Source: Mobula hypostoma (Eukaryota). Taken from it: 64,000 nt of DNA. The notes beneath the pieces are model-generated. The model did no database searches, had not been told where the DNA came from, and was given only the letters and a program-made list of their open reading frames with translations. A program made the translations under genes and the position numbers. Numbering within the stretch: position 1 is the first letter of the stretch; every line of letters starts with the position of its first letter. The stretch covers positions 152,768,001-152,832,000 of the forward strand of contig NC_086102.1 in assembly GCF_963921235.1 (NCBI RefSeq). Reading direction: 5' to 3'. Below, piece after piece: positions 13,601 through 28,600 of the stretch.

Positions 13601-16600
13601 CAATTGATAAATAGGATTATGATGTTTATGTAATAACAAAGACCTGCTCAAAGCAGGTCAGGATAAAGTAATAAACATTCCTGGAGACCAGGCGTTCTGG
13701 AAAAATAGGGGAGGGGAGTTCAGGGAGGAGTGGTGAATTGGCAATACTGATTAAGAATATTGAAGAAGAAGAATATTCTGAAGTCCACTGACTCAAGCAA
13801 TCCCAAATTCACTTTTGAAACAGGCGGGAAGCTCAGACCACTGTGAGAGTGAGAGTTTGAAGATATTCTTGAACATTCCAGCCAGTTGGAGGCATAGGTT
13901 TCAGCACCAGCCCCATTGGGGCCTGATGCTTCATAATGGTTTACCCTCTTGTAGATGTTCTGACATTAGTCTCTGAGACAGAGATCACAGGGTCACTGGA
14001 TGCTGTGGGGATTTGGGGATTCATACAGGTATGGTGTTACTCTTCCTTTTTAAGTGTGCATAAAAGGCCTTGAACTCATCGAGGAGTGAAGCATTTATGC
14101 AATTTATGCATTTGGGGTTTGCCTTATAGCAAAGTACATTAACTGTATACTATTAAATGTTTTGTTAATTCAGTAATACAAAACATTAAAATAATATTTT
14201 CTAATATTATTTGCAATGTAAAATCTTAGAACTAAAGCACAAATATACATTGGTTTTGAAAGCATTAATGAATTGAAAAATGCTAGTCACAGAAAATTAA
14301 TCCCTATATATCCTGCTTTTACATGTTTAATAGCTTTAGGAGCCCACCTGAATTCACAAAATTAACACTGCGAGGCTGATTGAATTTCAGACGTATTGTG
14401 GTCAGCTGACAGATAATTGGCACATGGTTATGTATCGCAGCATGATGAACAAGTCCATAGCCAGCTTCATCCACAACTCCAAGTTGTGACATTGGATTTT
14501 GCTGACAATATGAATAAAGGACAGCAGCAAGTCCACTGTCAGTTACGGATAGTAGACCAAAGGGTAAATTCTGCATTGAAAAAATATAGAAACTAGCACA
14601 ATTTCATGACATCCATATTTCAGCACAGCACTCTTAAAAATGAGATTTCTGGATGTTTATAAAATAACTTTTGAATAATATGTTTATAATACAGATATAG
14701 CATATTGATGTCCAGGTAAATTATGGCTCATTCCATGTAAGGATCACTGTGCACAGCTTTCTAAAAATAACTGCACAATTAATATAGAGGAAGATATGAA
14801 AAATGACAGCACTAAGTCTCAGAATATATGTATGATTGGGAACAGGATAGAGAAATGTGCAAATATTCTAGGCTTGTTGAATTGTGAATTTCTGTGAAAA
14901 ACCTATATTTCATTTCTAGAACTGTTGGCAATAATGAAGAATAGTTGGTGCTTTGAAATTTCTTGTCACATGTTCAACTTTGCAAAGTTCATGCTCAAAG
15001 TTCAAAGTAAACTTATAATTAAAGTATGCATATGCCACCATATACTACCTTGAGATTCATTTTCTTGCAGGCATTTGCAGAGCAAAGAAATACTATATAA
15101 TCAATGAAAAACTACACACAAACACTGACAAACAACCAATGTGCAAAAAGACAAACTGTTCAAATACAAAAATAATAATAATAAAATAATATTGCGAACA
15201 TAAATTGTAGAATTTTTGAAAGTGAGACCACAGGTTGTGGAATCAGTTCAGTATTGAGGCAAGTAAAGTCATCCACAGTAGTTCAGGAGCTTGATGGTTG
15301 AAGAGTAATAATTGTTCCTGAACCTGTGGTGTGGGAACTAAGGCTTATGTATCTCCTTCCCAATAGCAGAAGTGAGAAGAGAATATGGCTTAGATGGTGG
15401 GGGTCCTTGATTATGGATGCTGTTTTCTTATGGTAGTGCTTCTTGTAGATGTGGGGGAAGGCTTTCGCTGTGATGGAAAACCACATCTAGGATTGTATTT
15501 AACATTCAGTACCACAGATTAAAAATCCAATGAGATGAAGATTTGCACTGAAATGCCAAACTGAGAGATCTCCAATAGTTTCTCTTACCGCTACATAACT
15601 GGAAGTATAACCAAATATTTAAACAGTGGTAATGGCATTGTCTTTTAACTTCTGTATGGAGCAATTTCTGGTGCCCTGTACATCGATTGATTTCATGCCT
15701 AATCTCTTAAAGGGGAGATGTATACTGGCTTCAGCCACTGCTGGAGGTCGTTAGACAGCTTAGAGTGCCTTCCTACCACACATGAAAACAAATATTAGAC
15801 ATAGATAGAAAACATAGAAAACTTACAGCACAATACAGGCCTTTCGGCCCACAAAGCTGTGCCGAACATGTCCCTACCTTAGAACTACCTAGGCTTTACC
15901 CATAGCCCTCTATTTTTCTAAGCTCCATGTAGCCATCCAGGAGTCTCTTAAAAGACCCTATCATTTCCGCCTCCACCGCCGCCGCCAGCAGCCCATTCCA
16001 CACACTCACCACTCTCTGCATAAAAAACTTACCCCTGACATCTCCTCTGTACCTACTTCCAAGCACCCTAAAACTGTGCCCTCTTGTGTTAGCCATTTCA
16101 GCCCTGGGGAAAAGCATCTGACTATCCACACAATCAATGCCTCTCATTATCTTGTACACCTCTATCAGGTCACCTCTCATCCTCTGTTGTTGAAAGGAGA
16201 AAAGGCCGAGATCACTCAACCTATTCTCATAAGTCATGCTCCCCAATCCAGGCAACATCCTTGTAAATCTCCTCTGCACCCTTTCTATGGTTTCCACATC
16301 CTTCCTGTAGTGAGGTGACCAGAACTGAGCACAGTATTCCAAGTGGGGTCTGACCAGGGTCCTATATAGCTGCAACATTACCTCTCGGCTCTTAAACTCA
16401 ATCTCATGATTCATGAAGGCCAATGCACCGTATGCCTTCTTAACCACAGAGTCAACCTGTGCAGCAGCTTTGAGTGTCCTATGGACTCAGACCCCCAAGA
16501 TCCCTCTGATCCTCCACACTGCCAAGAGTCTTACCATTAATGCTATATTCTGCCATCATATTTGACCTACCAAAATGAACCACCTCACAGTTATCTGGGT

Positions 16601-19600
16601 TGAACTCCATCTGCCACTTCTTAGCCCAGTTTCATATCCTATCAATTTCCCATCGTAACCTCTGACAGCCCTCCACACTATCCACAACACCCCCAACCTT
16701 TGTGTCATCAGCAAATTTACTAACCCATCCCGCCACTTCCTCAACACAAAATACTCTGCAGATGCTGGGGTCAAAGCAACACTCAACACGCTGGAGGAAC
16801 TCAGCAGATCGTGCAGCATCCGTGGAAACGTTCAGTCAACGTTTTGGGCTGGAACCCAGTCAATGTTTTGCCTCCATTTCCTCATCTGGATCATTTATAA
16901 AAATCACAAAGAGTAGGCGTCCCAGAACAAATCCCTGAGGCACACCACTGGTCACATGTTCTCAAACTTTGCATTGGATGTCTGTGCAGAGAAAACATAC
17001 AACTGTGCACCAGGTGGCAAATAAATCTTTAAGATCGGAGATGACGCCTCATTGGTAAATGAGGAAGGTGACTGATGAGCATGCACAAGAATTTGAATTT
17101 GACCACATTTTATAGGAAATTTAAACAGTTGCATATTATATGCATTGATATGATTGACCATTATTGGTAGAGAGGGGTGTAGGGAGCCTACACAGACATT
17201 GGACATCTCTGTGCATGGTTCTGACAGGAACCGTGCCTAGTGACCCCATCCATTGCTATTAGAAGTGTAATAAAGTCATCTGAATGATGAATTTCAGCGA
17301 GTGTAAACAACCCATTCATAAGTGACTGTACAAATAGATTCACACACATTGCTCCATGCACCACAGCTTCAGTCTCTATTTAACAACAGTCTCTATTGAT
17401 CATTTCTGACACTCATATTTTACAATATACTTACTTACCACAACTTTTAGACTCATAGAAAAAGATCTCACAATCTACAAGACCGATCTGAGTCATTGCA
17501 AGCACATCTCTCAGACACATTGTAACCTACTTTGCTCTCCATAGGCTAAATGATTTTGAAGAGGGTGCTGCTACTTACGGGACCAGATGCTACAAAGACA
17601 CATGCTAGCAATGGAGAGGAGATTGTGTAAATCACATTAATTCTTATTCTCACATCCCATTTCAGAAGGTTCTAAAGTTGACCTTGTTGAACTCAATAAG
17701 CTCTCCATAAACTCATGCTTGCTAAAAATTATGATCCTTTTGAACAGTCCTTTCTACTGACTATATTGTGTTTATTTCTAGATTTGAATATGGTAGGACA
17801 GGCATCAAATTAATTATCGCAAAAACTGATGTCACCTCTGCACACTTTTGTCATGCATATGTGATTTGCAACAAATTTCACAGTTTATGGCACAGTGTAT
17901 CACCTGCAATGGTGATATTGCACTCATCTGCATTAAATATGTAACATCTTGTGATTTTCTATCAATGTCACTGGGACAATCCTTTAAACTACTTACAAAC
18001 TCACTGCATTGATCACAATAATCCAAGGAAATATTTCACCACCAACTTTCCCTTGGCAACTATTAATGCAAAATAAATACTTCTCATTGTTCTAAATAAT
18101 TTTATGGGATCTTTACATGTGCATTAAATATGCAACATTTTTAGGCCAATATCTTGTGATTTACTATCAATGTTACTGGGACAAACCCTTAGAAACTACT
18201 TACAAACTCACCGCATAGATCACTGTAATTCAACAAAGTGTTTCCAAGGCAACTATTGATGTAAAATAAATACTTTTCATTGTTCAAAATAATTATATGG
18301 CATCCTTACAGGTACTTGAGAAAGCAGACTTGACTGTTTAAAATCTCATCCAAAAGACTACTGTGCAATACACTCCCAGTGCTGAACTGGATTGTCAACC
18401 AGAGCTTTCTGCTTAAGTCTTTGGAGTATGACATAAAACTACAATCCAGATGTAAAAATACTATTAATAGACAATACAAAGAAGTGATATATCTTAGCAC
18501 CTTGCATTTTGCAGCTTTTTTAGGACCAAATTTTTTCTTTAGTCGTTCAGTTATCTGTCCTTCATTTAATGGTAGTTTGCTAGATTTGAACATATGAACT
18601 GCTTCACTCATGGCTCTCCACCACCGAAATTTCTGAGCTTTCTGAAGGAGATTTTCTAGTTCTATACAGATTACATAATAACTGTAAAAAATAATGCAAG
18701 ACATTTCAGAACATGAACAAAATTTGAAACAGAAATAATCTTGTATAGATCAAAGTAAAATTTAAAAGAAAAGCAAAACACTGCATATGCCAACTTCAGA
18801 AATAGAAGTAGAAAGCACTGAAAACATTCAGCAGATTAAGCAACATCTGTGGAAAGAAAAGTGATGTTAACAGTTCAGGTGAACGATTGAATCTTGTTCA
18901 TCAAATCAATGGCCTGTCATGTTCTTACTTCTCTCTCCATAGATACTGCAGTACCTGATGAGAATTTCTAGTATTCACTGCATTTATTTTAAAAATTAAA
19001 AGATATCAGCAAATAAAATTGTTGCACATAGATTCTTTAAATTACTTAAATCAGGAAATCATATAGTACTGTGCAAAAGTCTTAGGCAAATATATATATA
19101 GCTAGGATGCCTAAGACTTTTGCATATTATGGTATTTGTCAACATTGGGTGGAGAGTGAGTTTCCAGGAACAAAAGGTGTTAGGAATGGCTAAGGTTGAG
19201 CACTGGGGAGGCGTGTAGAACAGGTAGCAGAGAAGCAATGCTGGGGTGGGAGGAGGGCAGGCATGGCACAGGTGCAGACACACTCAGCCCTGAGACACCA
19301 GGCAAGGTAATTTAATTCCAAATGACTGGTTTACTCATCATTACAGAATGTCTCTCTAGTGTTTTCTGCTCCCTCCCCTCTCCTTTCTCTTTTCCCAATC
19401 ATGGTTCCCCTCTCCCTGCCTCCTCCCCACCCTCAGTCCACAATAGAGACCCATATCAGAATCCTCTTTATCATCACACACTTATGTCAACAAATTTGTT
19501 TTTTTTTCCCCGGCAGCAGTACAGTACAATACATAAAATTACTACAGTACTATGCAAAAATCTTAGGCACCCTAGCTATTTAAAATCACAAAACCTTTGC

Positions 19601-22600
19601 TGGAATAAAAATTACAAAACTACTGTTAGCTTTAGTGCCCTGGGCTATAGAAGATGCAAAAGAATCAACATTACGTCCCATGATTATGTTTTGAAATACA
19701 GAGAACTGATGCTCACTACATGTTTTTTTTTGTTTTTCGCACCATTCGCTGTAAACTCTAGACTGCTGTGTGTGAAAATACCAGAAGATCAGCAGCTTCT
19801 GAGATACTCAAACCACCTTATCCGGCATCAACAATAATTCCATGGTGAAAGTAACTTCAATCACATTTCTTCACCATTCTGACATTTGGTCTGAACAATA
19901 CTGAATCTCTGGACCATTATCTGCATGCTTTTATGCATTGAGTTGCTGCCACATGATTGGCTAATTAGATATTTGCATTAATGAGTAAGGGTACAGACGT
20001 AGCTATTAAAGAGGCCTCTGAGTGCATAACTACATTTATTATTCAGTTATGCTCTTCATCAATATTGAAGAACCTTAAACTAGCAAGCTCATTAAGTTTG
20101 GTGACATTACAATAGTCATCTTCCAGAGATATGACATTGAGTTAGTAGTGAACAATGAATAGGATCAAACTAGCATTCCCTAGATTTCAAATTTAATTGA
20201 AAGCATATACAACCTGATACTTTGTCACCAAGTGCATGTGCAGACTTCGACAACATTATTTCTGGAGTTCAGTTTAGACAGCAAGGCAATGAGCAACACA
20301 ATCTGATAGAAAAAGGTCTACTCATCTTTAAAGATTCCAAAGACCACACAGCTTAATTATTATCTTTTAAGGTTTCTCTGAGGTGGAGGAACTGACAAAT
20401 TTGTTCTGCATAATGCACCAATCTTCCATTTTTTTTAAAGAAAAGATTGTCTCCTCTCCTAATGAACAGGATAACGAACAGGATAACAAGGCAGAGCAGG
20501 TACAAGCTGAGGGCCAAGAGCAAAGTGGAGTACATGTAGAAGCAGATCCCTTGCTTCCAATAAATAGATGACAAATATGTATATGTATGTGAGTCTATGG
20601 GCAAGCCACATCATTTCCTAATGTTGAATCTCAGCCAAAAATATTGACCATTCCTTTGCTCCTACAGATGCAGCTTGACCCACTGAAATGTTCCAGCAAC
20701 ACAAAGACATTTCTTCTCACCTCAATTATAAGTGACTGCTTCTTTATCCTGAGAGTATACCCAGCAGTTCCAGAATTAATGTTACAAGCTGAAGACTTTC
20801 CATTAGTACATATTGTAGCTGTGGGTAACTATAAGACTAAAGAAACTGAGTCGCACAGTCTTCAACCTGAAATGTAAATTCTACTTCGTGTTCCAAAGAT
20901 GCTACCTCACATGCTGAATGTTTCAGCATTTTCTGATTTTTTTTAGTTAACATTTCAATTTTTCAATTTTCATTCATAGTCAATCTCCTTTTAAAATATA
21001 GCCTCTTCATTCCAAGAATCAATTATCGCACCCAGTTCAAAATGCCTCCAACGCAAATACATCCTTCTGTAGGTAATCCAAATGAAGCTTCACCAAAGCC
21101 CTCTAAGATTTCAGCAAGACTTACTTTTGCACTCCAACCCAATTGTACTAGAGGTCAATTTACAAGTTATACTCAAAATTGCTTGTTGTACCCACATCCG
21201 CTCCCTGAGGAACAGCACGCTAAGGTTCCTCCAGACATGAGCACTGTCATAACGGGGACGCTGGGAGCAGACCCAAATGCAAGACACAGACACTGAAGTA
21301 CTAGGAACAGGACAGGACTAGAGACTAGAGTTAGGGACGTGACTGGATGCAGACTAGGAGCTGGGACAAGAACACAGACTTGGGCCAGGACATTGGCTAG
21401 GCAAGCGGGACCAGACTAGAAACTGGAAACTAGGAGCCTGGGCTTGCACTCTGAGCCAGAGACTGGACAAGGACCCAGAACCTGGGTCTTGACTTGGACT
21501 CGGACCCTGGAACTAGGTGAGGACATGACGTGACTACAGGACTGGACATGGCTTAGGTTCTTCATGGCTTGGGTACTTCATGGCGAGGTCATGACAAGGC
21601 TTGAGTTTGGACTCCGAGCCAGAGACTGGACAAGGACCCAGAACCTGGGTTTTGACTTGGGCTCTGACTCCGGAACTAGGCGAAGACATGACATGGTCTT
21701 GGGAGACAGGAACCTCGGAACACAAAGCCAGAAGCCTTGACTTGGTCTTGAGGAGGACAGGAACACAGAGCACACAGCCTTGGTCTTGAGAAACAGAAAC
21801 ATGGAACACAGAGCCGAGACCCCTCCTTGGGAACAGGACGTAGGGCCGGGACTCATACACAGAATGTTGAACACGACGAGACGGTTCCCAACACTAGGTA
21901 GTGGCAGTCAGACCTACTTAGCGAAGGTGTGGACACAGAGATGGTTCCCAAAACAAGGTAGCGGCAAACGACTAGACTTACCTAGCGAAGGCGTGGACAC
22001 AGAGATGGTTCCTAACACTACGTAGCAGCAAACGGCCGGACCTACCTAACGAAGGTATGGACACAGAGACAGCTCCCAAAACTATGTAGCAGCAAATGGC
22101 CGTACCTACCTAGCGAAGGTGTGGACACAGAGACAGATCGCAACACTAGGTAGCGGCAAACGGCCAGACCTACCTAGCAAAGGTGTGGACACAGAGACAG
22201 TTCCTAACACTAGGTAGCAGCAAACAGCTGGACCTACCTAGCGAAGGCATGGACATAGAGACAGTTCCAAACCAACGATAGACAGTTCCTTATCTTGACA
22301 CAGCAAGGCTCCGGTCTCGCTCTGGTGGTTGAACTTGACAAGGTTGCAAGCAAGGCTCCAGACACAGGTTGCAGGCAAGGTTCCAGAAGGAAGGGGAAGG
22401 GAAGGGAACAGTCCAGCCTCAGGGTAGCAGCAAAGACGGCCTGACTTGCGCAACAGAGGCAAGGACAGGAAGGGACAGATCCAACTGCAGGATAACGGCA
22501 AAGACGGCCTGACTTATCCCACAGAGGCAAGGACGGGATACTGACGAGACGAACCAGCAACTACACTCGAACCCAGGGCCACTTATATTCCCAGCCCCAA

Positions 22601-25600
22601 GACGAGCCTCAGGTGCCTATAATTAAGCCCAACTGAAACAAGGGACAGCCGGAAGACCTGGTGTCCCGAGTCCACAGACCGGAACGTGGACTATATGGAC
22701 CGGACCATGACAAGCACTGATTAATTTCTTGCTGTTTAGAAGCTACACTGATTTTCTGTTCTTACCAAAGCGTATAACCTCACATGTTCCTACCATATTT
22801 TCCATTTGTAACCTTCTCACCTAATCATATCCCTTTATGGACTCTTTTAATGTTCTTCACAATTTACTTACAGACCCAGTCTTGGAAATTTGGATAGTGT
22901 ATTGCTTAAGGCTTAATACTGATTTCTGAAGCTCCCCGCAGAGAGCTCTATCAACCTGACAAATGACCCGTTTAGATTATTTCCACTTCTATAAGTTCTT
23001 TATCTATATTAATATGTTAGCCCAACCCCATGAGGTCTTAATAATGTCACAGTTGTACTTTCAAAGTTGCTATAAAGGATTCAAACACATTGTACATGAT
23101 GTTTGCAAAATCAGTAATCGTTTTTGTCTGAATAAAATTTCGAAAATGATATTAATCTGAAATTTGAAGGAAACCTTTACTTTCAGCCCTACCAAATTCA
23201 CTGACCTAGTCATTTGAATGAATGAGATTGCACAACATGGAAAATGGTCATTTAGCTAGGGTGTCAATGTCAACTCTCTGAAAGAGGTATTAAAATCATA
23301 CTGATAATGCATTTGCATCAATTTCAGGTGACTCATCTTTCTGAACTGCTGTACTCTGGAATGTGCAAAGGCTCCCATCACATCATTTTATTCTAAACTT
23401 TTATCTGTGATATATATATTTTCAAGTAAAAATGGTGTATATCGAGAACTAAATAATATTCAATTTTAAAGGAAAAAAATGTAGATGGTGAAGATCCGAT
23501 ACAAAAACAGAAAATACTGTAAATATTGAACAAGTCAGGCAACATATGCGGAGGAGCAGTTAATACCAATGATTTTATTAATCAAAGTAGAAAGAGTTAG
23601 AGAGCAAAAATGCTTTAAATACAGAAAAGAGGAAAGAATGGAGAGACTAAGAAAAATATGAATAAAAATTCCAACTGGTATAAAAAGTGAGAGTTGATAT
23701 TTCAATCTGATTTATCTGGAGCAGATGTAAATAGAAGGAGATAAATGATAATAAAGGGAAAACAAAAATAAAAATCCTAGAACTGTGAGATCCAGACACT
23801 GAAGTTACGAGAAATCTGAAATACAAGAGAATATTTGAAATACACATCATGTCAGACAGTGCCTGCAGGGTGAGGAGAATTGACAATGTCAGAGGGGTTA
23901 GAGTTTAGAACTTGGGACACTTTGTTACAATTATACAGGACATTGGTGAGGCCACACATGGATAATTGTAGACAGTTTTGGTCCTCTTACCTAAAAAAGA
24001 ATATGGTAGCATTGGAGGCAGACCAAAAAAGATTAACTAGACTGATCCCAGGGATGAGAGGGTTGTCCTGTAAAAAAGGTTGTTAAGTGGGTCTCCATTC
24101 TTTGGTGTTTAGAACACAGAACAAGGATCTAATTTAAACATAAGATTCCAAGAGGAAATAACAAATAGATGGCTCATCACTAGTAAGAAATTCAAATTGG
24201 AGCATAGTTTCAAGAATTTTAAACTGGAGAAGAAATTTCTTCATACAAAGATTAGTAAACCTCTGAAATTCTCTGCCCCCAAGAATTGTGAAGGGTAGCT
24301 CATTAAAAGTATTTTAAAATGGAGGTAAATAATTTTTGTAAGACTTACAGATTGAGAGCTCATGAGCATCTGCTATAAAGGAAGAATTGAGGCGTAGAGA
24401 AGATCAGCTATGATCATATTGAATGGTCGGGGTGGGGGGTTAGATGACCTGTTCTTTCTCCTGTTTTCTTATATTATTATGTTCTGCCCGTGCTGATAGA
24501 CTTCAATGATGAATTATTTTAATTGACTGAATTCAGCATTCATGGCTGTAATGTGCCTAAATAGGAGGTGAGGTGTCCCTCAATTTACATTTAGTTTCAG
24601 TGGAACACCATTACATGCTGAATGAAAAATCATAATTGTAGGATCAGGATTGAGGATTAAAGTAGCAAGTGAGTGGAAGCTCAGGTTCTCACTGAGTCTG
24701 AATGTAGTTGTTCTAAAAAGTACCCACACAATCAACATTTTGGCATGTCCAAAACTGAATAGCTCACAATGTAAGCACAAACTGCATTGCACTAAATTGA
24801 AAGGAGTACGAATAATTTACTGATTTACCTGGAAAGAATATTGGGTCCCTGTATGGGGGTGGGGGAGGAGGAAGAGATAAAAGGACAGGTTGTACATCTC
24901 TCACAGTTACGTGTTGTGAAGCTGTGAGACAGGATTTTAATGGAGATAGAAGAATAACCTAATTTTTTAAAGAGCAAAATTATGAAGAGTGATCCATTGA
25001 ATGCGAGGATTGGCTGGGTGGAAGGTGAGGAGAAGGGAAATCTGTGCTTACTTTGGAGAGAGGAGAAAGGCTGAGGGTAGAAGTGCAGGATATATAACAG
25101 ATGCAGTTAACAGCACTGCCAATTATGGTGGAGGGGAAGTCATAGTTAATTTAAAGGGGAGACATTTCAGATTGTGGAAACTTAAAGCTTTAAGTTCCTT
25201 GAGGTCAATATCACAAATGACCTGACTTGGTCCAACCAAGCAGAGTCCACTGCCAAGAAGGCCCACTAGCGCCTTTACTTCCTGAGAAAGCTAAAGAAAT
25301 TTGGCCTGTCCCCTAAAACCCTCACTAATTTTTATAGATGCACTGTAGAAAGCATTCTTCTAGGGTGCATCACAACCTGGTATGGAAGTTGTCTGTCCAA
25401 GACTGGAAGAAGCTGCAGAAGATCGTGAACACAGCCCAGCACATCACACAAACCAATATTCTCGCTTGGACTCACTTTACACCGCACACTGTTGGAACAG
25501 TGTTGCCAGGATAATCAAGGTCATGACCCACCCAGCCAACACATTTTTCGTCCATCTTCACTCCGGGAGAAGGCTCAGGAGCTTGAAGACTTGTGCGGCC

Positions 25601-28600
25601 AGATTTGGGAACAGCTTCTTTCCAACTGTGATGAGACTGCTGAACGGATCCTGACCCAGATCTGGGCCGTACCCTCCAAATATCCGGGCCTGCCTCTCGG
25701 TTTTTTTGCACTACCTTACTTTCCCTTTTCTATTTTCTATTTATGATTTATAATTTAAATTTTTAATATTTACTATCGATTTGTACTCCAGGGAGTGCAA
25801 AGCGCAGAATTAAATATCGCTGTGATGATTGTACATTCTAGTATCAATTGTTTGGCGACAATAAAGTATAAAGTAAAGATATAACATCACTGAAAACTAG
25901 GAGAAAGATATGAATGCTCACAGAAAGTACAGTAGAAGGAGAAAAATGCAGATGAATAGATGTGAGAGTTTGTGGGCTTGTAACCCATTGTCTGTGATAA
26001 AGACACGGAAGTTAGAATGGGTAGTGAAATACCGGACAAGAACCATTTAAAGAGTAAGAGTAGGGTAGAAATTAGCAGTACGAGCAATATGACTTTTAAG
26101 CTCAGCGATCTTTAAATTTTCTAGAACAAAAGTACTTAACTTCACTGGAAGTGGAATCCCCTGATTCCAAAATAAATCAACAATTAGGACAAATTGTCCT
26201 GGGAACATCTAATCAATCACTTATTCAATTCAGTCACTGAGCTGTGTGATTTCCCTTATATCCATTTATGTAAGTTTTGCAGTGGGAATACTTGAAGGTC
26301 TTTCTCTTCTAGGATGTGACATCCTTTTGATATTACAATAAGATGCTGTATCATTATAATACTTTTAAGATTCCCCATAAGCCATGGAAATCCATAATAA
26401 TTCTTATGGTCAGTTCATTCTTCAAAACAGCACCCAGAATGTATTAGAATCTCAGGAGAATCAAGTAACAACACAGAAATGTCTCCAACAAGCATCATAA
26501 GATCTTATTATAATGCAATCAAAGGTATCATTCATGAACTCAAGAGAATATCTGCAGATGGTAGAAATCTGAGCAACACACACAAAATGCTGGAGGAACT
26601 CAGCAGACCAGGTAGTATCTATGGAAAAAAGTACAGTCAACGTTTAGGGCCGAGACCCTTCGGCAGGACTCATTCAATTGGGAATCTGACGGTGTTCATC
26701 CTAAAAGATGGGTTATTGAAAAATGCACACGTCTACAAATGTTTAACTAAAAGACAGATTATATAAAATTTGGCAGCTGTGCATTGGTGGCAATATTCAT
26801 TTTCTGAAATCTGTATTTGTGAGTGCAACTTATATTTGAAGAAATGATTATCTCCTTGAACTTCAAACTAAATCTGAATTGAGTCTTCTGGGATGCTAAA
26901 TAGAATTACATTGATTAGAATTGACTTAATTTTAATGTAGCTATGATGGAATATAAATCATGAAATTAGTGAAATTTTCCATTAAACGTAAATTTACATA
27001 GATAGCTTTAATGAGTTAATGCAGTCCCAGTAACAATTAGGATTAGACAGAAACAGATATAATTTATAAACAATACATGATAAATAGACCAATTCAACAG
27101 AATCAGAATTAATATCATCAGCATATGTCGTGAAATTTGTCAACTTTATGGCAGCAGCAAAATGAAATATATCATATGATAAATAGAGAGAGAAACAACT
27201 GAGTTACATTAAAAAAATATATATCCATTAAATAGTTAAGTTAAAATAAGTAGTTAAAGTAACAGAAATAGAAAAGTAGTGAGTAGTAATGGATTCAATG
27301 TCCATTTAGAAATCAGATTGTAGAGGGAAAGAAGCTGTTCCTGAATCTTTGAGTGTGTGTATTTAGGTTTCTGTACTGAATTCACTTTATCAATAATAAC
27401 GTTATTGAATTTTGTTCATTATAACATATAGCACGTATAACATGATGGATCACCACAGAAGAGATATTCTATCAATATAAACTTTAATAAGTAAGTGAAA
27501 TATATATGAAAGTGCCACACAATTAAAAAATATACATCAACTTTATATTTTCATATAATATTTATATTTTCATTATAAACTTTATATTTTCATATAATCC
27601 TGATCCGGTTCTGGGCCGTATCCTCCAAATATCTGGACCTACCCCTCGGTATTTTTGCACTACCTTACTTTCCATTTTTCTATTTTCTATTTATGATTTA
27701 TAATTTAAATTTTTAATATTTACTATCGATTTGTAATCCAGGGAGCGGGAAGCGCAGAATCGAATATCGCTGTGATGATTGTACAATTGTATCAATTGTT
27801 TGGCGATAATAAAGTATAAAGTATAGTAATCTATTGTATCATCTGTCTAAGCTGAAAAATAACACTATCTGATTCTTTTTTTGAATTGTGTGCACAATAC
27901 CAGAACAAAATTTATATTTAAGATAGTATTAGGAGAGAAAAGAATTAGAGAGAAAGTAAACTAAAAATGAATTGATTAAACATGATCAACCTTTGTAAAC
28001 ATTTCAGTATGTACATTTCAGTTTTTACAATAAAATGAGAATTATTTTCTTGTCAGTTTCCCACCTACCTTTTCCCATCAAACTGCATAATTGGCATGGT
28101 ATATTGGCCTCTGAGTAACATGTCAGGATTGAATAATTGTTTCAGATAGTGTACAGCCTGGGAATGGATATCATCAAAGGCAAACTGTAATAAAAGAGTA
28201 ATGATTATAAAATATACATATTGAAATTTTATTTGTAGTATTCTAAACATAACTTTGCAGTATTCTAAGTATAACTCAAAATTCAATCACATTTATATAC
28301 ACATTATATTCCTTTAACATTATTCTCTCCATCACATTTGATAATCATTAAATGGGTAAATAGATTAAATATAAATTTCCTTGGCACAAGCTCAATTCAA
28401 TTCAATTTCAAATTCAGTTTATTGACATCAAACTGTACACATGTATACTGCTAAATGAAATAACATTCCTCCAGACCAAGGTGCACAACACAGTATATAT
28501 AATTCGCACACATAATGCATAAAGTAATATTACCACAAATAATAATGTCAATATACCATACAAGTTGTGCTGCACTTTTGATAAATATCTCTGACGGGCG

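Noticed and set aside
15896-16447. 183-aa ORF as a functional gene
   Set aside because: C-terminal part of CR1 ORF2 in a 5'-truncated, interrupted copy.
21875-22270. Regular palindromic repeats resembling a CRISPR array
   Set aside because: No unique spacers, whole units are homologous, the context is a eukaryotic LTR, and there are no cas genes.
26635-26670. Hammerhead copy as an active ribozyme (likewise ~9786-9813, ~16835-16858, ~41366-41400)
   Set aside because: Core nucleotides are mutated or missing (e.g. CUGCCGA, UAAAC, GUU).
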